From assembly GCA_964397315.1 (NCBI GenBank), contig CAYNHV010000006.1, positions 1-48,671 on the forward strand: 48,671 bases of DNA, in the 5' to 3' direction. Shown here in pieces: positions 1 to 8,921 of this stretch. The position numbers and the translations under genes were made by a program. This stretch comes from an uncultured Methanosarcinales archaeon (GTDB taxonomy: Archaea; Nanobdellota; Nanobdellia; Woesearchaeales; UBA12501). Every line of letters starts with the position of its first letter. Positions within the stretch are counted from its first letter, which is position 1. Under the pieces are notes generated by a model. That model had not been told where the DNA came from, ran no database searches, and worked only from the letters and a program-made list of their open reading frames with translations.

Positions 1-170
1 TCTGATTCTGTCTCCGCACAACTACACTCTTCTGCCTCTAATAAGCCCACCCAATCATATGCTTAAAGCGCTCTGTGGAGTTGGTGCGCTCAAGCTGTTG
101 AAGGGGGAGGGAGGGGGGACTTATCTATATGTAACTGTGATGAGGGCGGTGGTTAAGTCTGGATTAACCA
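1..170. repeat. Dispersed structured non-coding element, copy 1 (truncated by window start)
   Basis: Colinear similarity to 35472-35608, including identical 22-mer ATATGCTTAAAGCGCTCTGTGG (57-78 / 35513-35534) and AGGGCGGTGG (143-152 / 35599-35608); hairpin potential in both copies. Confidence 0.8.
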
Positions 171-174
171 AATC

Positions 175-960
175 TCATTTAACGCGCTTAATCCCCCTCA
201 TTATCTTTTTCATAATCAGAGCATCACCCCAAGTGTCAGGAGACTCCACTATTATTGTGATATCAACACCCTCTTTCTCAAGGGCCTGCAGGAGATTTTC
301 CGCCTTTCCCTCATCTATCGGCAGGTGCCTCCTCTCCCCCTTTTCAGTGTATTCTATGCCTGAGAAGTGGGCTGTCTTGTGCCTCATGCCTTTTATTTTC
401 CTTGCTGTGGCTGTGAAGTCGCACTCCCTGTTGTGCCTTGCCTCAAGATGGGCGAAGTCAACGCACATTCCGCAGCCTGTCTCTTCGGAGAGCCTCAGGA
501 GCTCCTCAAGGTCGCCGAACTGGCTTTTCTTGCCTGTTGTCTCAGGGCAGAGCACAACATCCCATTTCTTTTGTTTTATCTTCTTTTGCATCTCAACTAT
601 GGCTTTTTTTACGGCATTGTAGCATTCCTCAGGAGAGCTCTTGCCGTAGTAAGCAGCATGGAATACAATATACCCTGCGCCCATGTGGTGGCCCCTCTCG
701 CAGGAGTCGAGAATCCTCCTCTTTGAGGCCTCTATCTTCACGCTGTCCTCTGAAGCGAGGTTTATGTAATAAGGGGCATGGACAGAAAGCGTAAGGCCAA
801 TCTTCCTGTTCTCCGCTCCAATCCTGCTGGCCAGCTCATTTGACATCCTGACCCCTCTCACGAACTCAATCTCAACAGCATCCAGGCCAAGGCCTTTCAG
901 CTCCCTGAGACTTTCCAGAGACCTGCCGTTCGTGCCTGCTGGGCCTATCCTGATTGTCAT
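175..960 (-). CDS. nfo: Endonuclease IV (AP endonuclease family 2, TIM barrel)
   Basis: Motifs SVHAPYYINL, VFHA, ETTGK, DFAH, HFSG, RRH typical of archaeal EndoIV. Confidence 0.88.
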   Translation of the reverse strand: MTIRIGPAGTNGRSLESLRELKGLGLDAVEIEFVRGVRMSNELASRIGAENRKIGLTLSVHAPYYINLASEDSVKIEASKRRILDSCERGHHMGAGYIVFHAAYYGKSSPEECYNAVKKAIVEMQKKIKQKKWDVVLCPETTGKKSQFGDLEELLRLSEETGCGMCVDFAHLEARHNRECDFTATARKIKGMRHKTAHFSGIEYTEKGERRHLPIDEGKAENLLQALEKEGVDITIIVESPDTWGDALIMKKIMRGIKRVK

Positions 961-1035
961 AATACCTGAATGCCCTGTGTGTTTTTATAGTTTTTGCCAG
1001 CAAAATTTAAATAGAACAGGATTAACGCATTTATA

Positions 1036-2028
1036 ATGTCAATATTTGGATTAATCAAAGATAAGAAAGAATTCAATATTAGTGGGAAAAAACTGGTCAT
1101 TATCGGAGATGCATCTGGGGAGATTATAGAGATCATACATAAGATATTTGTGAGAATCTCAGAATTGAATACTGCTTTAAATCCTTTCCAAACAATAGAG
1201 ATTCATTTATTTAAGGAAGATTATTCTTATTCATTAGATGATACAAAGAAATTAAAGCGGCTTAGAGGGAGAGGGCTTGCTTATGTTGGTTATAATGATA
1301 TGATCACAGGCAAGAATATAATTAATATTAATATCCTTACTTTAGAAGGATTATTAAAAGAATATGGTGCTGACGAAGTTATAGATAGTTATGTAAGATA
1401 TCTTGGACATGAATTAACCCATGTTTTGCAATACCAAAAAGGTAAGCTTAAGCAGATTAAAGAAAGTGAGCAAAGATTATATTACAAACTCAAGATGAAA
1501 TATTCAATATTCAAGCCACCATATAACATAAAGATTGTCAGATCTCTGTTAATGGACTTTATGGCAAACCTTCAGGCAGAAGGTCTTGCAAGATACACAG
1601 AAGAGATTATGAAAGGCACAAATCTTGATCAACGCTTTTTTGATAACAATTATCATGAGTTAAAAGATACTGCAGAAAAATCAAGAAAACTGTGGAATAT
1701 ATATATCAAGAAAACAGAAAAAGAACTCAGCAAATTCTTTGGTAGAAAGAAAAGGTCAGTATTCAAGAGCAGAGCCCAAAAAGCATTAGAACTTCTGTTT
1801 AGGATTTTTGTACATGAATTTGGACTGCATATGGTTAATGCAATTCTCTACTTTGACAAAAGAGTAACTTTTGATGACTTGATAAAGATGGGATATCTAA
1901 AGTTCATAAAGAAATATGAGAAATGTATGAGAGATAATGGTTTGCAGCCCATAGTGTCTCACACCAGCGGGGCAGGTATCCTTGATTACAAGCAGATGCT
2001 GCAGCAGTGGTCCAATCTCTTAAAATGA
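1036..2028 (+). CDS. Hypothetical protein, putative gluzincin-type zinc metallopeptidase
   Basis: 330-aa ORF, AT-rich; GHELTH (HEXXH) plus downstream EGLA third-ligand motif; TATA-like TTTAAATA just upstream. Confidence 0.6.
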   Translation: MSIFGLIKDKKEFNISGKKLVIIGDASGEIIEIIHKIFVRISELNTALNPFQTIEIHLFKEDYSYSLDDTKKLKRLRGRGLAYVGYNDMITGKNIININILTLEGLLKEYGADEVIDSYVRYLGHELTHVLQYQKGKLKQIKESEQRLYYKLKMKYSIFKPPYNIKIVRSLLMDFMANLQAEGLARYTEEIMKGTNLDQRFFDNNYHELKDTAEKSRKLWNIYIKKTEKELSKFFGRKKRSVFKSRAQKALELLFRIFVHEFGLHMVNAILYFDKRVTFDDLIKMGYLKFIKKYEKCMRDNGLQPIVSHTSGAGILDYKQMLQQWSNLLK

Positions 2029-2052
2029 AGTAGACTGTTTAACTAACCTATC

Positions 2053-3246
2053 CTATTTAATTATTTCCTTGTGTATGAAATGCTTTGAGAACTTGGCAAC
2101 AAGGGATGACACTATTATGGAATAGAGCATGAACACCAGTATAAGATCTGTTATCTTCGCAATCTCAGGTATTGATGTCTGGAAAGTGGCGAGCATGAAG
2201 ACAACCGCAGCTATGGCTATGCCTTTGGGAGCGTTGAGCGTTATGAAGAGCTTTGGCCTGAGCTTGTAATCGCCCTTCAGGACAAGGTTTACTGCAAAAT
2301 ACCTTATTATGATGTAGACCACAAAAAGCGCTATTGAGAGGCCGAAGAACTTAAGTGTCAGGGGGATGTCTATTATCAGGCCTATGAGGATGAAAACAAG
2401 TATCTCAAGCGCGTAGGAGAAGAAGGAAGAGAACTCCTGCATCTCGGACTTCTGCTTTACATACACAGAACCGAAGAACAGGCCGAGGGTGGTCACCGCA
2501 AGCACTCCGCTCCCCTCCAGCGCTTCTGCAAGCACGTAAGTGAGAAGCGCGGCAACTATGAGGGCGAGAGGCGACACGAGCTCTGAGTACTGCTTTCTCA
2601 TGAACTTGAAGATTATTATCCCTATGAGAATTCCAGCCCCTATGCCCACGACAATCTGCTGCAGGAAAGGGAGTATCTGCTCAAGGAACTTGGATGTGAG
2701 TTCAGCCTTATTGATGCCTGTGCTGATGAACTCTATGAGCAGGAAGGGTATAATCACTATGAGGGGGGTGTTTATTATTGACTCCACCTCAAGAAACTGT
2801 ATCACCTTGTTCTTTGTCTCAGGCATGAGGAGAAGGACAACACTAGGGGATGTTCCTGCCATGACAGCAGCGAACAGCACGGCAATAAGAAGAGGAACAT
2901 CATAGAGGATGAAAGTGAATATGCTCAGGAAAACAAGGCACATTATAAGGAAGACGGCAGTGAGCTTTATGGCCCCCATTGACTCCTCATCAAACTCCCT
3001 GAGCTTGAACCTTGAGGTTGAGTCAAACACAATAAGGACCAGGGCCAGAACCCCTATGCTGAGTATGAACACATCAGGGAATGATATTAGGGGCCCTCCC
3101 TTGTAATCAATGTTCCCGATACCTATGCCCAGGAGTATGAGAAGAAGCACATTAGGTATCTTTATCTTCTTGGAGATTATGGTTGTTATTATACCAAGGA
3201 AGAGTATTATGCCTATGTAGGCCAGGTAAAGCAGTGAAGGATCCAT
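2053..3246 (-). CDS. Cation:proton antiporter (CPA1/NhaP-like Na+/H+ exchanger)
   Basis: About 12 hydrophobic helices; ESIINT (ESxxND-like), GSGVLAV and PKG motifs. Confidence 0.85.
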   Translation of the reverse strand: MDPSLLYLAYIGIILFLGIITTIISKKIKIPNVLLLILLGIGIGNIDYKGGPLISFPDVFILSIGVLALVLIVFDSTSRFKLREFDEESMGAIKLTAVFLIMCLVFLSIFTFILYDVPLLIAVLFAAVMAGTSPSVVLLLMPETKNKVIQFLEVESIINTPLIVIIPFLLIEFISTGINKAELTSKFLEQILPFLQQIVVGIGAGILIGIIIFKFMRKQYSELVSPLALIVAALLTYVLAEALEGSGVLAVTTLGLFFGSVYVKQKSEMQEFSSFFSYALEILVFILIGLIIDIPLTLKFFGLSIALFVVYIIIRYFAVNLVLKGDYKLRPKLFITLNAPKGIAIAAVVFMLATFQTSIPEIAKITDLILVFMLYSIIVSSLVAKFSKHFIHKEIIK

Positions 3247-3371
3247 AATCAGCCTCTTTTTTTACTGTTATCCGCTTTCTTTTAGGGGTTTTGTTTATTA
3301 ATTTTGCGGTGCTTAAGAGAGTTCATGGGTGCATCACAACCTTTTTAAATATACTAAATTAATTGCGTTTT

Positions 3372-4613
3372 ATGAAACTCCTGAAAGAGGTGCTTAAGGA
3401 CCTTAAGCCTGACGAGAAGGCGATAAAAAAAGAGGTCAATGGCTTCCTCAAGAGCCTGAATTCAGCTCTCAAGAGAGATGGAATAAGCGCCAGCGCAGTT
3501 GCAGGCGGCTCTGTTGCAAAGGGCACTTTCATAAGAGGGGATCATGACTGCGACATATTCGTGAAGTTCTCCTGCAGGAAATACAGCGATAAGGACATCT
3601 CAAAGCTTCTGGCAGGAGTGCTGAGGAAAACACTCAGGGGAGTTAGGACACTGCACGGCTCAAGGGATTACTTCCAGGCAAGGAACAGCCTTAATTACGA
3701 GATCGTTCCGGTTCTTGACATAAGAAAGCCTGAGCAGGCAATGAATGTGACAGACTTCAGTCCTTTGCATGTTAGGTGGGTTAACAAGTTTCCTAAGATG
3801 AAGGATGAGATAAGGCTCACAAAGGCTTTCATGAAAGCAGCAGGGGTATACGGCGCAGAGTCATACATGAGGGGATTCTCAGGCCATGTTGTTGACATAC
3901 TCACAATACATTACGGCGGCTTTCTTAAACTGCTCAGGGCAGCGGCAAGGTGGAAGCAGGGCCATGTCATAGACTACTGCAACCACCACAAGGGAAAGGC
4001 ATTGTTCAACCTCAACAGGTCTAAGACGCAGTCTCCTATAATAGTCATAGATCCCATACAGCCGGAGAGGAACGCTGCCGCAGCTCTGGGAAAGGAAAAG
4101 TTTGACATATTCAGGAAAAAAGCAAAGGAATTCCTCAAAAAACCCTCCAGAATATTCTTTGAAGAGGAAAAGCTGAGTATTGAAAAGCTCAGGGAGAAGG
4201 CGGAAAAGGGAGGGGGAAAGCTGATCATAATTGACGCTGAGGCAAAGAGGGCAAAAGAGGACGTTGCAGGAGCAAAACTGCTGAAATCACTGGAGTACAT
4301 CATAAGAAACCTCAGGCACAATGATTTCAATGTAAAGGATTACGGGTGGCAGTGGAACAAGAAAAGGAAGGCCCTGTTCTGGATCATCACAGGGAGCAAA
4401 GACCTTCCAAAGACTGTGATAAGGGAGGGACCCCCTGTCAAGGCAAAGAAGCACTGCCAGAGCTTCAGGAAGAGACACAAAAAGACATTTGAGAAAAAAG
4501 GCAGGCTTTATGCTGAAGTAAAGAGGGATTACACCAATGCGGAAAAATTTATAAAGCATCTCCTCGGAGATGAATACTTCAGGGACAAGGCAGGAAAAAT
4601 CAGCGTGAGGTGA
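3372..4613 (+). CDS. cca: CCA-adding enzyme (archaeal class I tRNA nucleotidyltransferase)
   Basis: GSVAKGT..D.D.D nucleotidyltransferase motif, YGAE..GFSG, DP..PERNAAAA, GPP; ATG 3372 preferred; tRNA genes in the window lack encoded CCA. Confidence 0.93.
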   Translation: MKLLKEVLKDLKPDEKAIKKEVNGFLKSLNSALKRDGISASAVAGGSVAKGTFIRGDHDCDIFVKFSCRKYSDKDISKLLAGVLRKTLRGVRTLHGSRDYFQARNSLNYEIVPVLDIRKPEQAMNVTDFSPLHVRWVNKFPKMKDEIRLTKAFMKAAGVYGAESYMRGFSGHVVDILTIHYGGFLKLLRAAARWKQGHVIDYCNHHKGKALFNLNRSKTQSPIIVIDPIQPERNAAAALGKEKFDIFRKKAKEFLKKPSRIFFEEEKLSIEKLREKAEKGGGKLIIIDAEAKRAKEDVAGAKLLKSLEYIIRNLRHNDFNVKDYGWQWNKKRKALFWIITGSKDLPKTVIREGPPVKAKKHCQSFRKRHKKTFEKKGRLYAEVKRDYTNAEKFIKHLLGDEYFRDKAGKISVR

Positions 4614-5362
4614 ATAAAATAAAAGCAATAATCCTTGCAGCAGGTTACGCAACAAGGCTTTATCCCCTGACAAAGGACAAGCCCAAGCCGCTGCTGCCCA
4701 TCGCAGGAAAGCCCATGATAGAGTACATAATGGACAGGATAGAGAGCATAAAAGAGATAGACACAGTGTACATAGTCACGAACGACAAGTTCCACAGCAA
4801 GTTCTCTGACTGGGCTGGTAATTACAGTTCCTCAAAGAGCATTAAGGTGGTGAATGACCACTCAAAGACAGAGGATGACAGGCTCGGCGCAATAGGCGAC
4901 ATGAAGTTTGTGATAGACAAGGAGGGAATAGATGATGACCTCATGGTTGTGGGAGGAGACAACCTGTTTGAATTCAATGTGAGGGATGTGGTTGATTTTT
5001 TCTATGACAAGAAGGAGCCTGTTGTTGTGCTTCATGACATAAAGCACCATGAGCTCGCCACAAGATTCGGTGTTGTGGAGATTGACGGAAACGAGAAGCT
5101 AATAAGCTTTGAGGAAAAGCCCCAGAATCCCAGCACCACGCTCATAGCAATATGCTTCTACATATTCCCGAAAGACAAGCTGGGGATGATAGATGAGTAC
5201 ATCAGGAAGGGGAACAACCCCGACCAGCCCGGAAGGTATATTGAGTGGCTGCACAGGCAGACTCAGGTGTTCGGCTTTGTTTTTGAGGGCAGCTGGTTCG
5301 ACATAGGGGACCATGACAAGCTGGCTGAAGCAAATGATTTTTACAGCAGCAAGAAGGGCTGA
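4610..5362 (+). CDS. Sugar-phosphate nucleotidyltransferase (NTP_transferase family)
   Basis: ILAAGYATRLYPLT..PKPLLPI, GDN, FEEKP, WFDIG. Confidence 0.9.
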   Translation: MNKIKAIILAAGYATRLYPLTKDKPKPLLPIAGKPMIEYIMDRIESIKEIDTVYIVTNDKFHSKFSDWAGNYSSSKSIKVVNDHSKTEDDRLGAIGDMKFVIDKEGIDDDLMVVGGDNLFEFNVRDVVDFFYDKKEPVVVLHDIKHHELATRFGVVEIDGNEKLISFEEKPQNPSTTLIAICFYIFPKDKLGMIDEYIRKGNNPDQPGRYIEWLHRQTQVFGFVFEGSWFDIGDHDKLAEANDFYSSKKG

Positions 5363-5364
5363 AA

Positions 5365-5838
5365 ATGAACAATATCCTTGAGCTCATACTCATAACACTC
5401 CTGCCGTTTCTTGAGCTCAGGGCATCGATACCATGGGGGATAATAAAGCAGGGCATGAGCTGGCCTCTTGTATTCACAGTATGCGTGATAACAAACATAA
5501 TCCTCGCCCCGATAATCTACTTCTTCCTTGACAAGATCATCCATCTCTTCCTGAGGATACGGGCCATTGACAGGATATATGGGTATTATGTTGAGAGAAC
5601 CCAGAGAAGGATACACAGGTATGTGGAGAAATACGGGGAGTGGGCTGTTGCTGTTTTTGTGGGAATACCCCTTCCCGGCTCAGGCGTGTATTCAGGAATG
5701 CTTGCTGCATACCTCATAGGCCTGGGCTACAGGAAGTCATTCATCGCGGCAGTCATCGGGGTTCTCATAGCAGGCGTAATAGTCACACTGGTTTCTGTCA
5801 CAGGGGCTGAGGCTTTTAGGTGGATGATAGCAATTTAA
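5365..5838 (+). CDS. Small multidrug-export-like membrane protein (COG2426)
   Basis: LPFLELRASIP and FVGIPLPGSG signatures, about 4 TM helices. Confidence 0.85.
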   Translation: MNNILELILITLLPFLELRASIPWGIIKQGMSWPLVFTVCVITNIILAPIIYFFLDKIIHLFLRIRAIDRIYGYYVERTQRRIHRYVEKYGEWAVAVFVGIPLPGSGVYSGMLAAYLIGLGYRKSFIAAVIGVLIAGVIVTLVSVTGAEAFRWMIAI

Positions 5839-5991
5839 ATATTGCGTTTTTACGTAAACTTCGTAAGATATGCATAACAATGTCCTTAGTATGTGTTTTT
5901 TCCGTTGTTTCTGTAATTCTTTCATAGATAGCGGAAGATTTCCTAAAAATTTACAAAAATAAATTTTAAAAACAGATGTTTGAAGAACTGC

Positions 5992-7257
5992 ATGGAAGAT
6001 TTCAATAAAGATTTAAGCAAAGCAAACTCGCTGGACCTAAAAATCAGGCTTCTCACAGAGGGCCTGGATGTAGATATAGAAGCTATAATGCATAATCAGC
6101 CTGATATTCAGGAGTACAAGGTTAATAGTTTGAGAATCTCAGATAGGCATTTCACAGACCCAGGCAACGAAAATAGGTATTTTATTCCTGATGAACTGCT
6201 AATTCATGAGGATGGTAAGAGGTCTGTTGTGAAGGTATATTATACAAGAGACTCCAAACTTTTGTTATCACATGATGGAGAGAGCCTTACCATCTCCGAC
6301 AAGGAAAACAACCAGAGATCAAACCAAGAGCTCTCCTTTTTGAAAAAGAACTCCATATACCATAAGAAGCTCAAAGGCACCAGCTTAAGCGAGTATGTGA
6401 GTGTAGTGGGCACTGACAAAATTTCAGTAGTACCATATGATGGCTGTTCTAACTGGATTTTAGGTAATCAGTGTAAGTTCTGCGGAGCAAATCCAAAGAG
6501 ACTGGGTTTTTCAGAGAGCAAGCCAAATGTCTTGGAGATAAGCTCAGAATATAATAACAATATCTCAAAATGGTGGGAGGATAACAGAGAGAATTCCTTG
6601 ACAGGAATTAAAGAGGGGGTTGCAACTCTCTTAAAAGACCAAGATGTAGAGCCCCACTTCCATTTAATGTTCATGGCGGGAAACCTTCTGAATGTGAATG
6701 CAGAATGGGATATTCTTCTTGACATAGTAGGGGGAGTAGCTGAAGATGTTGACCTTTACAGGATGGATTGTTCTGTCATAGCAATGCCCCCTTCAGATTT
6801 CAGCAAGGTCTCAAGAGCCCATGACCTTGGAATATCAAAAATTGCGTTCAATATGGAGTGTTTTGACTATGAAACTTTTAAGAAAGTATGCCCTGGAAAA
6901 GAGCAGGCCCATGGTTATGCTAATATGCTGAGGGATCTTGAGAGGTGTGTTTCTGTTTATGGCTCAGGAAATGTAAGAACAAATTTTGTTCTTGGCTCAG
7001 AGCCCATCCACACACTTGAGAGAGGTGTCATTAGCCTGGCATCTAAAGGGATAGTGTCTGATTACAGCACATTTTTCCCAAGGCCTGCTTCTGCATGGGC
7101 TAATAGAAACCCAACAAATAGGGATGATCTTACAAGATTCTCTGATTTTGTCACAGACGTGTATCTGGATAATGGTTTTAAGCCCTATGCATGTGAAACC
7201 AGTTCAAGATCAAGTATTGCTAATGAGGTTTATAACCAGAAAGATGGGAATAGATAA
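5992..7257 (+). CDS. Radical SAM protein (biotin-synthase-related, CX8CX2C)
   Basis: CSNWILGNQCKFC; FNMECFD..F..VCPGK, VYG.GNV.TNFVLG.EP, FPRP; ATG 5992 about 20 nt after TTTTAAAA. Confidence 0.85.
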   Translation: MEDFNKDLSKANSLDLKIRLLTEGLDVDIEAIMHNQPDIQEYKVNSLRISDRHFTDPGNENRYFIPDELLIHEDGKRSVVKVYYTRDSKLLLSHDGESLTISDKENNQRSNQELSFLKKNSIYHKKLKGTSLSEYVSVVGTDKISVVPYDGCSNWILGNQCKFCGANPKRLGFSESKPNVLEISSEYNNNISKWWEDNRENSLTGIKEGVATLLKDQDVEPHFHLMFMAGNLLNVNAEWDILLDIVGGVAEDVDLYRMDCSVIAMPPSDFSKVSRAHDLGISKIAFNMECFDYETFKKVCPGKEQAHGYANMLRDLERCVSVYGSGNVRTNFVLGSEPIHTLERGVISLASKGIVSDYSTFFPRPASAWANRNPTNRDDLTRFSDFVTDVYLDNGFKPYACETSSRSSIANEVYNQKDGNR

Positions 7258-8311
7258 CCTTATCAGAAGGGAGTCGGGGAATATTCTGGAAAGAGTAGAG
7301 AGTGTTAGGTCAGGCACGATTGTACAGAATAACGCCCATAAAAAGAGGAATTTGATAGATATCACAACCGATCCCGACATCATATTAAGAAAAATGGAGG
7401 ATGGGTGGTCTCTCTATCCAGGGAAAAGGAATTATATTCTTCAGGCCCCTGAAACAGTCATATGTGACCTGAGCGAAATCGGCCCGAATAAGACTGATTC
7501 GCTTGTAGAGATATCAACAATTTACAGAACAATCAAACAGATAGGTATCCAGAATATTCTTGGTTCGTTAATCCATCCCCTTTATAATGACCTTGATGTG
7601 GTAGCAGATGAAAAGGAATCTTGTGATAGCGAGATAAGGATAGCAGGATCAGACAGAAGAGTATATGAGATTCCTGACATTATAATTAACAGTCTAAAAG
7701 GCACCCCTGAGTGGAACCATAATTATCACATTTCCTCTCAAAATGTAGAGGAGAGGGAGATTAAATCTTTTAACAGGCCCCTAAAGGATTGTAAAACAAA
7801 GACCAGAAAAGTATTTGAAAACACAAAAAAGGTATATGACCTGCTGGGAGCAGATGGTCTCCCTGAATATGCTGTCACCGGCCCTTGGAACAGCCTGCCT
7901 GAATGCGAAAAATATATATTTGTAATGAAATCTGGTTTCAAATATGCATTAGGCTTTTCAGAGGATACTGAAAAAGAAGAAAGCTTGTGTTTATGGGAAT
8001 ACCATGAAGGAATAAGCTATGACAAAGAAATTAAGATTGGATGCCAGGACCTTGAAGGAAAAACTGTTGCAATAATAGACAGGTCTTATTCAGGGAACAC
8101 GCTGGATACTCTGAGAGATGATGTTATAAAGGAAAGGGGGCTGCCGAGAGTGATAGCAGTATATCCCAAATCCTCTGTTTCAGCAGAAAAATCAGATTAC
8201 ATGATTTTTCTGGATAGAGTAGTGAGTCCATCGTGCATAGAAGGCGAAGATGAGTGGGCATTAAAGCTTTTTGAAGAAATAAGCAAGGAGGGAAAGATTT
8301 ATGGAGATTGA
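7244..8311 (+). CDS. Hypothetical protein with C-terminal type I phosphoribosyltransferase-like fold
   Basis: LEGKTVAIIDRSYSGNTL resembles the PRPP-binding loop; YIFVMKSGFKYA resembles the PP loop; ATG 7244 overlaps the rSAM gene end. Confidence 0.6.
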   Translation: MGIDNLIRRESGNILERVESVRSGTIVQNNAHKKRNLIDITTDPDIILRKMEDGWSLYPGKRNYILQAPETVICDLSEIGPNKTDSLVEISTIYRTIKQIGIQNILGSLIHPLYNDLDVVADEKESCDSEIRIAGSDRRVYEIPDIIINSLKGTPEWNHNYHISSQNVEEREIKSFNRPLKDCKTKTRKVFENTKKVYDLLGADGLPEYAVTGPWNSLPECEKYIFVMKSGFKYALGFSEDTEKEESLCLWEYHEGISYDKEIKIGCQDLEGKTVAIIDRSYSGNTLDTLRDDVIKERGLPRVIAVYPKSSVSAEKSDYMIFLDRVVSPSCIEGEDEWALKLFEEISKEGKIYGD

Positions 8312-8882
8312 AATAAGAGCATATGTAGACTCCTTAAGAAGAGTAGAAAACCTGCTTAATAAAAATAAAGCGACATTTTTGGAAGAACAAAGAATAGTTG
8401 ATGAATGGTACTGCCCAGAAGAATGTTATAAGTTTGAGGATGTGAAACAAGACATCCAAGGTTCTTACGGCCTGAGAGTGAGAACGCAGTATTCAGAAGA
8501 CAATCACCGTTATAGCGAGCTGAACTGCAAGGTACTTGAGAGAGAGAATGATCATAACTCTTTCCATGAATATCATACAGAAATCGGAAATTCAAAGGAT
8601 ATGAGAAAAATACTTGAAACAATGGGTTTCAAGCTGTTCTGCAGAATAAATAAGACAAGAAAGACTTATGAGTTAGGGAACTGCAAAATTAACCTTGAGA
8701 AGATTAAAGGATTCAGACCGGCGATAGAACTTGAGATAATAGATCATGATCACAACAGAGAAACACATTACAAGACAATGGATGACATTCTCAGGATGTT
8801 GGAAGTGAGACCAGAGGATTATATCCCTACAAGTATAACAGCGGAATATATGAAGCATAATTCCTTTAAGAAGAGTTATTGA
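8301..8882 (+). CDS. CYTH-domain protein (CyaB-like class IV adenylate cyclase / triphosphate tunnel metalloenzyme)
   Basis: N-terminal MEIEIR (ExExK-like), D.WY, LRVR, E..TEI, MGF....I.K.R..Y, IELE; GGAGG RBS; overlaps upstream gene. Confidence 0.85.
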   Translation: MEIEIRAYVDSLRRVENLLNKNKATFLEEQRIVDEWYCPEECYKFEDVKQDIQGSYGLRVRTQYSEDNHRYSELNCKVLERENDHNSFHEYHTEIGNSKDMRKILETMGFKLFCRINKTRKTYELGNCKINLEKIKGFRPAIELEIIDHDHNRETHYKTMDDILRMLEVRPEDYIPTSITAEYMKHNSFKKSY

Positions 8883-8921
8883 CAGCAACCTTTATAAAAG
8901 AAAATATCAATCCTGCGCATA

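Noticed and set aside
59..622. ORFs 59-622 and 35362-35664 sharing MLKALCG
   Set aside because: Incidental translation of the non-coding repeat; the frames diverge straight after an indel, and 59-622 is antisense to nfo
5992..7257. Calling the radical SAM gene a viperin
   Set aside because: The Cys spacing (CX8CX2C) and C-terminal motifs fit biotin-synthase-related proteins, not the CX3CX2C viperin/MoaA type
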